A stretch of DNA of 64,000 nt from a virus. The notes beneath the pieces are model-generated. The model made no database searches and was not told the DNA's origin. It worked only from the letters and a program-made list of their open reading frames with translations. Where the stretch lies: positions 2,406 through 66,405 of IMG/VR virus record IMGVR_UViG_3300046169_000081; one strand, 5' to 3'. A program made the translations under genes and the position numbers. This document shows positions 1-9,294 of this stretch, in pieces (position 1 is the stretch's first letter; each line of letters opens with the position of its first letter).

Positions 1-2
1 AA

Positions 3-419
3 TTAAGATAACTTAGTAAACTCTTGAGTGATATTTTTTAATATCTCTATAGGGTCTTTAGTATTTTCAGTTGCTTTATCTGTAATTTCTTTAAATTTAT
101 CTTTATCAATAGGAACCTCTTCTACTTTAGTTAGACCTTGTTCATGGGCATAGTTTTTAAGTAAATGGATTAAGGCATAAAGAGTGTATATCTCTGATTC
201 AGTAGGAGTAAATATTCTTTTTTTGTCTTGAAAAGATTTAGGATCTTGTATAGATTCATTAAACTCTTTTATTAAATTGCTGATATCAGCAACATCATCA
301 TAGAACTCGGTAATATATCTTAGATATATTTGCTGGAGCCCAACAATAAAACTTGGGTTAATCTCAGCTTTAAGATTTTTAGAGTTGTCGTAGTTAATAT
401 AAGTTTTGTTATCAGCCAT
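3..419 (-). CDS. hypothetical protein (138 aa)
   Basis: ORF track; divergent from the UDG gene with a 26-nt spacer; no recognisable motif. Confidence 0.6.
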   Translation of the reverse strand: MADNKTYINYDNSKNLKAEINPSFIVGLQQIYLRYITEFYDDVADISNLIKEFNESIQDPKSFQDKKRIFTPTESEIYTLYALIHLLKNYAHEQGLTKVEEVPIDKDKFKEITDKATENTKDPIEILKNITQEFTKLS

Positions 420-445
420 ATTATAAAGTATTTAAAATCAAAATT

Positions 446-1153
446 ATGAATAATAAATCAATTATAAAAGAAAAACCAATAGAAGTTAATATAGAAGAAT
501 TAAGAGAGAATGTAAATTCTACTTTAGTATCTTCAGGATGGGATAAAATGCTATCTATATTTGTCAACGGTTTAGACTTTGATTATATAGTCAACAACTT
601 AGTTGATTGTGTAAATGCAGGTAAAAGATTTACACCGAAGTTTAAAGATATATTTAATGCATTTAAAGAATGTCCATATGATGATCTAAAAGTTGTTATA
701 GTAGGTCAAGATCCGTATCCACAGTTAGAAGTAGCTGATGGTATAGCATTTAGTTGTAGTAATAAAGGTAAAGCTGAAAAGTCTTTACAATACATAAATA
801 AAGCAATAGGTAAAGACTATACAGATTTAAGATGTTGGTCTAACCAAGGCGTACTTCTTATAAATACAGCATTAACAGTGCAAATAAATAGTATAGGTTC
901 ACATTATAATTTATGGAAACCTTTCACAACTTATTTGTTTGACACAATAAATAAAGTTAAACCAGATACAATATTTATACTAATGGGTAATAAAGCCCAA
1001 GAGTGGCAGACGCTCATACCAAATTGTACAAAAATTAAATGTTCTCATCCAGCTTCAGCAGCATATAGAGGTGGTGATTGGGACCATAATGATGTCTTCA
1101 ATAAAGCAAATAGATTATTGGAAAAGCAAAATAAATCTTTGATAAATTGGTAA
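446..1153 (+). CDS. ung: uracil-DNA glycosylase, family 1
   Basis: Motifs VVIVGQDPYP, ADGIAFS, QGVLLINTALTV and SHPAS. Confidence 0.95.
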   Translation: MNNKSIIKEKPIEVNIEELRENVNSTLVSSGWDKMLSIFVNGLDFDYIVNNLVDCVNAGKRFTPKFKDIFNAFKECPYDDLKVVIVGQDPYPQLEVADGIAFSCSNKGKAEKSLQYINKAIGKDYTDLRCWSNQGVLLINTALTVQINSIGSHYNLWKPFTTYLFDTINKVKPDTIFILMGNKAQEWQTLIPNCTKIKCSHPASAAYRGGDWDHNDVFNKANRLLEKQNKSLINW

Positions 1154-1154
1154 T

Positions 1155-1168
1155 TTTTAGTATATTTG
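1155..1168 (+). promoter_or_regulatory. putative Bacteroidota-type -7 promoter box (TATATTTG)
   Basis: ttttagTATATTTG in the 38-nt gap before ORF 1192; matches the TAnnTTTG consensus. Confidence 0.5.
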
Positions 1169-1191
1169 AATCAGACAAAACAAATAGATAA

Positions 1192-1713
1192 ATGTCTAAA
1201 AATCAAGAGATTAAATCAAAAAAAGATATTATAAATTTCAGAAAAAGATATAAGAAAAACTATGGTGTTGACTTATATATTTATGCTAGAAAAGAAGATA
1301 GACGTATAATTCCTATAGAGCTTTACATTAAAGTGGCTTTTGAATGTTTTAAAGAAGACAACCCGGATTTAACAGATATAAAAACAATTCACAATGATAG
1401 TAGACTAAGATGCTTCTTAGTGTACAAACAAGTAATGTGTTATTTAGCTCATAAAGATGGATATAGTAAAAACTTTATTGCAAGGAAGTTAGGTAAGAAT
1501 CATGCAACAGTAATTAATTCATGTACACGTACAGAAAATGGTCTTGAAGTTAATGATGAATTAGTTGTTAAAGCATATCATCAAATAATTAATAAACTAA
1601 CAGAAAATGTGGGAACTATTCCAGAAAATCTTAAAATTGAAGATCAGTCCGAATCAAGCATTGATACTATTTGGGATGAAGCAAGGCGTTTCCTTGCCCA
1701 AAGCCCTAAGTGA
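1192..1713 (+). CDS. DnaA C-terminal (domain IV)-like HTH DNA-binding protein
   Basis: KQVMCYLAHKDGYSKNFIARKLGKNHATVINSC resembles the DnaA domain IV signature (R-Q-x-AMYL...IG..F..RDHTTV.HA); no AAA+ domain. Confidence 0.7.
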   Translation: MSKNQEIKSKKDIINFRKRYKKNYGVDLYIYARKEDRRIIPIELYIKVAFECFKEDNPDLTDIKTIHNDSRLRCFLVYKQVMCYLAHKDGYSKNFIARKLGKNHATVINSCTRTENGLEVNDELVVKAYHQIINKLTENVGTIPENLKIEDQSESSIDTIWDEARRFLAQSPK

Positions 1714-2197
1714 AGATAAAGAATACCTTGTAGAAATAGGTATGCTTGAGAAAGAAAATGATCAGTATAAAATGACAGGAGAAGGTAAAGCTTTTTGTGC
1801 AAGACTTGATAATTATTTTATCAAAGCAAAAAAGAAAACTGATATACAACTTATGGGTAAAAACTTTGTTGATAAAATAAATACCTATAGAGAAATATTT
1901 CCTGCTAAAAAACTACCAAGTGGTACACCTGCAAGAAATAATGTTAAAGCATTAGGTGAAGCTTTTAGATGGTTTTTTGAAACATATGATTATTCATGGG
2001 ATGATATTATGGCTGCAACAAAGATGTATGTAAATGAATATAGAGACAAAGAGTATATGTATATGCAGACAAGTCAATATTTTATTTGCAAACAAGATAA
2101 ACATAGAGTTAAGAATTCTAGACTAGCAGATTACTGTGATATGATACGTGATGGTATTAGTACAGAAGAAGAACATTTTAAAGAAAGAGTTGTATGA
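1607..2197 (+). CDS. hypothetical protein, possible replication initiator/helicase loader
   Basis: ORF directly upstream of and coupled (ATGA overlap) to DnaB; N-terminal winged-helix-like segment (YLVEIGMLEKENDQYKMTGEG); function inferred from position. Confidence 0.5.
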   Translation: MWELFQKILKLKISPNQALILFGMKQGVSLPKALSEDKEYLVEIGMLEKENDQYKMTGEGKAFCARLDNYFIKAKKKTDIQLMGKNFVDKINTYREIFPAKKLPSGTPARNNVKALGEAFRWFFETYDYSWDDIMAATKMYVNEYRDKEYMYMQTSQYFICKQDKHRVKNSRLADYCDMIRDGISTEEEHFKERVV

Positions 2198-3150
2198 GTA
2201 AACCAAAACCAGCATGGGTGGGTCAATATGAAGCCTTCAATGATGCACTTAAATATATGTATGCCAGATCAACTGGTGAAGAGAAATCTATATATACACC
2301 GTGGCCTAAATTTAATGATGCATGTACTGATGGGTTAGAATGGAACACTTTAACGGTTATTGGTGGTAGACCTGGCTCAGGTAAAACATTAATAAAAGAC
2401 CAAATCATAAGAGAATCTTTTGTATTAAACCCTAATGATAAGTTTAGAGTATTAGAATTCCAGTTTGAGATGGTTGGTAGAACATCAGCTATTAGAGAAT
2501 TTAGTTCAATAACCGGTAAAACTTATAAAGAGTTATGTAGTGCCGGGTCTATACTTAATAATGATGTACTGAATTCTTGTCATCAGTATGCGAAGGAAAG
2601 AGTAAAATACCCTGTAGATATTGTTAGTACACCAATGACAGTTAATCAAATGCGTGATCAAATTGATCAGTATATGGAACATCATAAAGGAGTAAAAACA
2701 ATAATAACACTTGATCATAGCATGCTTGTAAAAAGAGCACCTTATCAAAATAGTACATTAGATATGTTATTTGAATTAGGTGAATTCTTTACACAGTGTA
2801 AGAGAGACTATCCTTGTTTATTTATATGTCTATCACAATTAAATAGAAATATAGATAACCCGGATAGAGCAATTGACGGTAAGTATGGTAATTATATACT
2901 TGAGTCAGATATATTTGGATCAGATGCAATGCTACAACATGCTGATACTTTGATAGGTATCAACAGGCCTGCAAAGCAAAAGATTAGGTTTTATGGTCCA
3001 GATAGATATATTATTGAAAATGACAGAACGTTAGTGTTGCACTTTCTAAAAGCCAGAAATGGTGATGCAAGAATGAGTTTCTTCAAAGCAAAGTTTGAAA
3101 AAATGCAGATAGAAGAAATGGCAACGCCAGCACAACAAGAAAGAAGATGA
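2194..3150 (+). CDS. dnaB: DnaB-like replicative helicase (SF4, C-terminal ATPase domain)
   Basis: Walker A GGRPGSGKT, FEM, ITLDH, LSQLNR, SDAMLQHAD, KARNG. Confidence 0.92.
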   Translation: MSKPKPAWVGQYEAFNDALKYMYARSTGEEKSIYTPWPKFNDACTDGLEWNTLTVIGGRPGSGKTLIKDQIIRESFVLNPNDKFRVLEFQFEMVGRTSAIREFSSITGKTYKELCSAGSILNNDVLNSCHQYAKERVKYPVDIVSTPMTVNQMRDQIDQYMEHHKGVKTIITLDHSMLVKRAPYQNSTLDMLFELGEFFTQCKRDYPCLFICLSQLNRNIDNPDRAIDGKYGNYILESDIFGSDAMLQHADTLIGINRPAKQKIRFYGPDRYIIENDRTLVLHFLKARNGDARMSFFKAKFEKMQIEEMATPAQQERR

Positions 3151-3713
3151 TAAATACTAAAAACTTAAGTAATAAAAAAAAAATGGGACTAACACCGCAA
3201 GAAAGAAAAGAAAAAGTAGCTGTCCTAAGAGAAGAGCATGAAGATTACTTCCAAACAGAAGGTAAAATAAATGCATTGTTTATACCTAAGATGGCTTATA
3301 GACCAAGCGGTAAAGATGAACTTCATATAAGTTTCTTTCCAAGTGAATTAGAAAAAGAAGAAGATATCTATACAGAATTTGTGTCTATAGATTATGATAC
3401 AGAAGATCCTAAAAGGACTTTATATTTGCATAAACACAACCCGCATTGGAGAGAAGAGTATGAGCTTGTAGAATCATCATCTGGTTTTATAAGACATATG
3501 ATACCCGTAAGTGAGTTAAAAATTATCAATGATGTGACAAGTAGGGGTAAAGCAATTGTAGACTTTGCTAATCCTAATTTGCCAGACCCAGATACACTGC
3601 TCCCTTCCTCCACTTCTCCCGACCTTAATGTGGAGTTGATTAATAAATTAGATGAAATCAATAAAACATTAAATAAATTAATAACAGTAATAAGTAAAAA
3701 CAATGGCAAATAG
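3147..3713 (+). CDS. hypothetical protein
   Basis: ORF in the replication operon; start may be M at 3183. Confidence 0.6.
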   Translation: MINTKNLSNKKKMGLTPQERKEKVAVLREEHEDYFQTEGKINALFIPKMAYRPSGKDELHISFFPSELEKEEDIYTEFVSIDYDTEDPKRTLYLHKHNPHWREEYELVESSSGFIRHMIPVSELKIINDVTSRGKAIVDFANPNLPDPDTLLPSSTSPDLNVELINKLDEINKTLNKLITVISKNNGK

Positions 3714-4386
3714 CGTATTAGTAATTGCAGATTCAGGTACAGGAAAGTCTACCTCAATCAGAACATTAGACCCAAAAGAGACTTTCATTATAAATATTGC
3801 TAATAAACCTTTACCGTTTAAAGGTTATAAAAGCATGTATACACAAATTAGCAAAGATAACCCAAATGGTAATCTGACATCAACTTCTACTGCACAAGGT
3901 ATAGTAAAAGCTATGATGCATGTTAATGATAAAATGCCTAACATTAAAACTATTGTTGTTGATGATTGGCAGTATATGAGTTCTTTTGAGTATTTTGATA
4001 GAGCCAATGAAAAAGGATATGATAAGTTTACCCAGATTGCATCTAACTTAGCACAAGTTGCAAAGCTTCCAAAAGATTTAAGGGATGACTTGACAATTAT
4101 TTTCTTAACTCATTCAGAAGATTCAACAGATATAAATGGAAATAGAAGAATTAAAGCTAAAACAGTTGGTAAAATGATTGATAATGCTTTAACTTTGGAA
4201 GGTCTATTTTCAATTGTCCTTTTTGGAAAAGTAAATAAAAATGATGATGGTGTTCTTGAGTATGGTTTTGAAACCCAAAACAATGGCGAGAATACATGTA
4301 AATCACCAATGGGTATGTTTGAGGAAAGTTTTATTCCAAATGACCTACAATTTGTAAAAGATTGTATTGAAGAATACAACAAGTAA
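3703..4386 (+). CDS. Sak4/AAA_24-like P-loop ATPase (probable ssDNA-annealing recombinase)
   Basis: ADSGTGKST, Walker B IVVDD, FLTHSE, C-terminal CKSPMGMFE...IPNDL; followed by an SSB-like gene. Confidence 0.75.
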   Translation: MANSVLVIADSGTGKSTSIRTLDPKETFIINIANKPLPFKGYKSMYTQISKDNPNGNLTSTSTAQGIVKAMMHVNDKMPNIKTIVVDDWQYMSSFEYFDRANEKGYDKFTQIASNLAQVAKLPKDLRDDLTIIFLTHSEDSTDINGNRRIKAKTVGKMIDNALTLEGLFSIVLFGKVNKNDDGVLEYGFETQNNGENTCKSPMGMFEESFIPNDLQFVKDCIEEYNK

Positions 4387-4413
4387 AAATTAATTAATTA
4401 AAAAAAGTAAATT

Positions 4414-5088
4414 ATGTTAAGTACTAAAGACATGTCAGCTGGAAATGGTGGTTCAAGACCAGTATTAGATCCAGGAAACCACAAAGTAAAAATCAATTCA
4501 ATCACATTTGATCAAACACCTTATGATTCTGAAGCATACAATATTGTATTGCATGTAGAAGGAGAACCTATGGGTGGAGATTTTCAAGGTTTTGCAAAGG
4601 ATATGAATAATCCAGATGGCCCACGTTATGAAGGTCAAGTTGGTAGAGTAAGGTTTAGCCCATATCCATACAAAGATGCTGTATTGCAAAATGGTAATGA
4701 AATCAATAGAGATACAGAAGTTTTGAAAGCTATGGTATTTCTTGCTGAAGTTGTAGGAAAGAGAAATGAGCTTGATGCTATTGAAGCAAATACAATTGAA
4801 GACTTTATGATAAAAGCATCAAATGTTTGTTCTAATACTGGTTATATTAACGCGTGTTTAGGTTCAAGAGAGTGGGAAAACAAAGATGGTTATGTAAATA
4901 ATGATCTATTCTTACCAAAGAGAACTAGAGGCAGTGTGCCATTAGAATCTTTAGATGTTGAAAATTCTAAATTGACAGCATTTGATAAAAATAATACAAA
5001 TCATTTTAGACCTTTTATTCAAAAAGATGCACCAAAAGCAGACAATTTTGAGCCAGCAGCAATAGCAGGTAGTGATTTTGATCTGTAA
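4414..5088 (+). CDS. putative single-stranded DNA-binding protein
   Basis: Follows the Sak4-like ATPase; beta-rich N-terminus (PGNHKVKINSI); acidic/aromatic tail SDFDL. Confidence 0.55.
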   Translation: MLSTKDMSAGNGGSRPVLDPGNHKVKINSITFDQTPYDSEAYNIVLHVEGEPMGGDFQGFAKDMNNPDGPRYEGQVGRVRFSPYPYKDAVLQNGNEINRDTEVLKAMVFLAEVVGKRNELDAIEANTIEDFMIKASNVCSNTGYINACLGSREWENKDGYVNNDLFLPKRTRGSVPLESLDVENSKLTAFDKNNTNHFRPFIQKDAPKADNFEPAAIAGSDFDL

Positions 5089-5101
5089 TATAAATTAAAG
5101 A

Positions 5102-5135
5102 ATGGGCTCAGTATAATGCTGGGCCCATCTCTTTT
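5102..5135 (+). terminator. intrinsic terminator
   Basis: atgggctcagta-taa-tgctgggcccat stem (12 bp with 2 G-U pairs) followed by ctctttt. Confidence 0.7.
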
Positions 5136-5148
5136 AAATATATAGATC

Positions 5149-6126
5149 ATGTTTAATACAAGAAATTTAATATTAAATGAATCAGATATACCAAGTTATT
5201 GGGTATTTCAATATTATTTAGATCTTCCTGAACAATTGACAGGACAAGATATTAAGATTAAATCTATATTTAATCCTAATGAAAGGACTGCCAGTTTTTG
5301 CATATACGTTGATAAATCAATTATGCAATATAAGTTTAAAGACTTTTCTACAGGTAGAGGTGGTAATAAAGCTGATTTAGTAAGACTTATTTTTGATTTA
5401 GATTATCCTGCAGCATCCAGAAAAATGATTGAAGACTATAACAACTTTATCAAAGAAGGTGGTAATGTTGACATAAGCTTTAAACCTGCGGCAAAGTGGG
5501 AAATAGATTATATCAAACATAGACCATGGACAGTTCAAGATAGAAAATATTGGCTAAGCTATAGAATAGGTAAGACTATTCTTGAAGAGTATAATGTAAA
5601 GCCAATTGATTATTTTACTATGTTTAAAAAAGAAGATGGTGAATATAGATCTCTTAGAGTTGGGAGTGCGCTATGCTATGGTTACTTTGATAAAGATGGT
5701 GAGGTGTATAAGATATATCAACCCAAAAGTAAATCACATAAATTTCATAAGGTTAAAGGTTATCTACAAGGTAAAGATCAATTAAACTATACGCAACCGT
5801 ATTTAGTAATTTGTTCTTCCCTTAAAGATGCAATGTGTTTGAAAAGTATGGGTTATAATGTAGAAGTTATAGCGCCAGATTCAGAGAATACAATAATAAA
5901 ACCACATGTGATATCTATATTTAAAAAGAAGTTCAAAAAAGTAATAACTCTATTTGATAATGATGAGGCTGGTAGGCAAGCTGTGGATAGATATGCAAAA
6001 GCATATAATATCAACGGATGTGTACCGACTATATGTAAAGACATATCAGATGCTATGAAACAACATGGCTTCAATGAAGTACATAAAATGCTTAAACCAT
6101 TATTAAAAGAAACATTAAATAAATAA
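5149..6126 (+). CDS. DNA primase (crAss-type DnaG/TOPRIM)
   Basis: N-terminal degenerate Zn-binding region (SIFNPNERTASF...FKDFSTGRGG), SSLKDAM, TOPRIM LFDNDEAG, KDISD. Confidence 0.85.
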   Translation: MFNTRNLILNESDIPSYWVFQYYLDLPEQLTGQDIKIKSIFNPNERTASFCIYVDKSIMQYKFKDFSTGRGGNKADLVRLIFDLDYPAASRKMIEDYNNFIKEGGNVDISFKPAAKWEIDYIKHRPWTVQDRKYWLSYRIGKTILEEYNVKPIDYFTMFKKEDGEYRSLRVGSALCYGYFDKDGEVYKIYQPKSKSHKFHKVKGYLQGKDQLNYTQPYLVICSSLKDAMCLKSMGYNVEVIAPDSENTIIKPHVISIFKKKFKKVITLFDNDEAGRQAVDRYAKAYNINGCVPTICKDISDAMKQHGFNEVHKMLKPLLKETLNK

Positions 6127-6128
6127 TT

Positions 6129-6557
6129 ATGCAAGAAAAAAAACCACAAACTACAACATCTGTTATCAAAAGACGGTGGTTTATACCCGGTAATGTACCT
6201 AGCAGTAAAAATGGTAGAAGGTGGACTGGTAAATACTTTATAGCAAGTAAGGCTGTAATGAACTATAGGAAAGCTACTAAAGAATATTTTCAGAAATATG
6301 CTAAAGACTTTAGAGCAGAAGTAGATAAACTAGATTCACCTGTAAAAATAAGTTTTGAATTTATCAGAGGTAGTAAACATAAGTTTGATTATATAAACCC
6401 TGCACAAACAGTACAGGATGATATGGTTAAATATGGATGGATAGAAGATGATAATGCAGAGTTTATAATACCAGGATTTCAACAGTATTCTTATAATAAA
6501 TCTAATCCTGGTGTGTGGATTGAACTATTAATAGATGATAATGGATCAGAATTTTGA
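6129..6557 (+). CDS. RusA-like Holliday junction resolvase
   Basis: GNVPSSKN start, FDYIN...VQDDMVKYGWIEDDN acidic motifs, C-terminal PGVWIEL. Confidence 0.75.
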   Translation: MQEKKPQTTTSVIKRRWFIPGNVPSSKNGRRWTGKYFIASKAVMNYRKATKEYFQKYAKDFRAEVDKLDSPVKISFEFIRGSKHKFDYINPAQTVQDDMVKYGWIEDDNAEFIIPGFQQYSYNKSNPGVWIELLIDDNGSEF

Positions 6558-6855
6558 AGGTAAGATAATCACAATAGATGAATTCTTTAGGTATAAAGAT
6601 ATGCTAGAAGGATTACCTGACGATAGAAACATAGCTTTAGAAATATTAAAAAAATCAAATTATAAAGATAAAGATATCATAAATACTCTACTTGCAAAAT
6701 CATTAATATTTGCTAAAAGAGCAGAATTTTGTGAGGGAGTTATGTTTAAGTTTGATTCTAAAAAATGTTCTTATCAAGATATTTATGCATTTATTAAAAG
6801 AGAAAAAGCAGATAAAATATATATGGATATATTTAAAAAAATGAGAGATGAATAA
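6535..6855 (+). CDS. hypothetical protein, first gene of the vWA-MoxR cluster
   Basis: ORF track; shares a helical motif with ORFs 9295 and 10323. Confidence 0.65.
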   Translation: MIMDQNFEGKIITIDEFFRYKDMLEGLPDDRNIALEILKKSNYKDKDIINTLLAKSLIFAKRAEFCEGVMFKFDSKKCSYQDIYAFIKREKADKIYMDIFKKMRDE

Positions 6856-8011
6856 TATACAAGACTTAGTTGCAAAGACAACTAAAAGTTTAATATTCAA
6901 AGAGCCCTTTTATGGGCTTTTTTTGATTGGTGTAAATAAGAGATATGTAGACTCTATACCAACAGCTGCAGTAAGCAAAAATAATATAGGTGTGCAGTTA
7001 ATGGTTAATCCTGAGTTTTATAAGGAGCTGAGTGAAGACCATAGGTTTGGTTTAATTAAGCATGAGCTATTACATATTGCTTTTGGACATTTAATAACAA
7101 GAGATAGATATGCAGATAAAAAGTTATTTAATATAGCTGCAGATCTAGAAATCAATCAATATATTTTAGAAAGTAATTTGCCAGACGGTGGTTTATTATT
7201 ATCAAGTTTTCCAGAACTAAACTTGCCAACAAAAGCAGGAACTAAAGTATATTATGATTTGTTACAAGAAGCTAGAGAAGATGGTACATCCCCATCTCTA
7301 GATGGTTTATTAGATAAGATGGATGGTGATACACCATATTGCCATAGTACATGGGATGAATTTGATGAATTACCTGATGCAGATAAAAAATTGATGCAAA
7401 AACAAATAGAGCATCAGTTAAAAGAAGCTGCAGAAACAACTCAAAAGAAATGTGGTAATATACCAGGAGAGCTTGCAGAATTAATTAGAAGGTTATTACA
7501 TGTAGAACCGGCAAAGTTTGATTGGAAAGCATATCTAAGAAGGTTTATAGGTAACTCAAGTATAGTATATACTAAAAAACTGAGGCGTAAGTATAACAAA
7601 CGTTATGCTGCTAATCCGGGTCTTAAGATTAAATTCAAGAATCATATATGTGTTGGTGTTGACACAAGCGGATCTGTAAATAATGATGAGCTAAAAGAAT
7701 TTTTCTCAGAGCTTACTCATATGCATAAAACAGGGCATAAAATTACAGTTGTTCAATGTGACACTAAGATAAGAAGTGTAAAAGAGTTTAATCCAAAAGC
7801 AGATTGGGAAATACATGGTCGTGGTGGAACAAGATTTCAACCAGTAATAGACCACTACAATGAAAAGAAAGGGCAATATACTGCTCTTATATATTTAACA
7901 GATGGTGAAGCATATACTCCAGAAAATTGTCCTAATAATACCTTATGGGTGCATAGTTCAAACTGTAGTATAAATGAAGAGTTACCAGGAAAGAAAATTC
8001 AATTAAATTAA
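6848..8011 (+). CDS. DUF2201-type metallopeptidase + vWA domain protein
   Basis: Zincin motif IKHELLH, NIAADLEINQ; vWA MIDAS VGVDTSGS, GRGGT, YLTDG. Confidence 0.9.
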   Translation: MNNIQDLVAKTTKSLIFKEPFYGLFLIGVNKRYVDSIPTAAVSKNNIGVQLMVNPEFYKELSEDHRFGLIKHELLHIAFGHLITRDRYADKKLFNIAADLEINQYILESNLPDGGLLLSSFPELNLPTKAGTKVYYDLLQEAREDGTSPSLDGLLDKMDGDTPYCHSTWDEFDELPDADKKLMQKQIEHQLKEAAETTQKKCGNIPGELAELIRRLLHVEPAKFDWKAYLRRFIGNSSIVYTKKLRRKYNKRYAANPGLKIKFKNHICVGVDTSGSVNNDELKEFFSELTHMHKTGHKITVVQCDTKIRSVKEFNPKADWEIHGRGGTRFQPVIDHYNEKKGQYTALIYLTDGEAYTPENCPNNTLWVHSSNCSINEELPGKKIQLN

Positions 8012-8021
8012 TAAAGAAAAA

Positions 8022-9293
8022 ATGGCACAAGTAAATTTAAATATCACTGAGTTAAAAGGATTTGTTAATCATATCATCACAAACAATAGATACTTACAAG
8101 ATAATAATAAAGGTCCTGTATCTGTAGAAGTTGTAGGTGAATCAGGTATTGGTAAAACCTCAACTATTGTTGAGTTAGCAAAAGAAAATAACTTAAACTT
8201 TGTGAAATTAAACTTAGCACAAATTGAGGAGTTAGGTGACCTTGTAGGTTTTCCAGTAAGACAATTCCAAATGTATAAAGAGAAAGTAGTAACCAATACA
8301 AATAATAACGCAGTTGGTATGGTTACAGCTACTCAAAGAGCAGGAAGTGCAAGTCTAGCAAACCTGAACACATCAACAACCAAAAAAGTAGGAGCGTGGG
8401 TTGATGAACTTGCAGTACAAGAGTATCTAAAGAATGGATACAAAATGACAGGCAAGAACAGAATGTCTTATTGTGCACCAGAATGGATTGCAGATAAAAA
8501 AGAAGGAGGCATTTTATTGTTAGATGACTGGAACCGTGCAGATACAAGATTCATACAAGCGGTTATGGAGTTGATTGATAGACAAACTTATATATCATGG
8601 GCACTACCAAAGGATTGGCATATTGTTTTAACAGCCAACCCAGACAACGGTGATTATATGGTTAATAGTATTGACTCAGCTCAGAAAACTAGATATATAA
8701 CTGCAAATCTAAAGTTTGATGTTGAAGTATGGGCAAAATGGGCAGAAGGTGCAGGTATAGATACTAGATGTATTAACTTCTTGTTACTTCACCCAGAGCT
8801 TGTAACACAAGAAACAAATGCAAGATCTATTACTACATTTTTCAATTCTATATCAAGCTTTGAATCTTTTGAAGATAATCTAAGCTTGATTCAAATGATT
8901 GGTGAAGGTAGTGTTGGTGATGCTTTTGCATCTATGTTTACAACATTTATTAATAATAAGCTAGATAAGCTTGTTACACCTAAAGATTTACTAACTCATG
9001 ATAATGAACAATATATTTTGAATGAGTTGAGATCTTGTATTGGTAAAGATGATAGTTACCGTGCAGATATTGCATCTACATTAGCTACAAGACTTGGAAA
9101 TTATTCTGTAGTATACTCTGAAAATAATACAATTACTCAGAAAATTACAGATAGACTTAAAGCTCTATGTACTATGGATTATTTTACAAATGATCTTAAG
9201 TATTTAATTGTACGTACAATATTCAACGGTAATAAAAAGAAGTTTAATAAACTAATGATGATCCCTGAGATCGTCACAATGACAATGAAATAA
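8022..9293 (+). CDS. MoxR-like AAA+ ATPase
   Basis: GESGIGKT, DLVGFP, Walker B LLLDDWNRAD, TANP, adjacent to the vWA gene. Confidence 0.88.
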   Translation: MAQVNLNITELKGFVNHIITNNRYLQDNNKGPVSVEVVGESGIGKTSTIVELAKENNLNFVKLNLAQIEELGDLVGFPVRQFQMYKEKVVTNTNNNAVGMVTATQRAGSASLANLNTSTTKKVGAWVDELAVQEYLKNGYKMTGKNRMSYCAPEWIADKKEGGILLLDDWNRADTRFIQAVMELIDRQTYISWALPKDWHIVLTANPDNGDYMVNSIDSAQKTRYITANLKFDVEVWAKWAEGAGIDTRCINFLLLHPELVTQETNARSITTFFNSISSFESFEDNLSLIQMIGEGSVGDAFASMFTTFINNKLDKLVTPKDLLTHDNEQYILNELRSCIGKDDSYRADIASTLATRLGNYSVVYSENNTITQKITDRLKALCTMDYFTNDLKYLIVRTIFNGNKKKFNKLMMIPEIVTMTMK

Positions 9294-9294
9294 A

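Noticed and set aside
8280-8390. Low-complexity T/N/A/S-rich insertion in the MoxR ATPase as a mobile element
   Set aside because: Only about 35 aa, in frame, with no intein termini or flanking repeats; most likely a variable surface loop.
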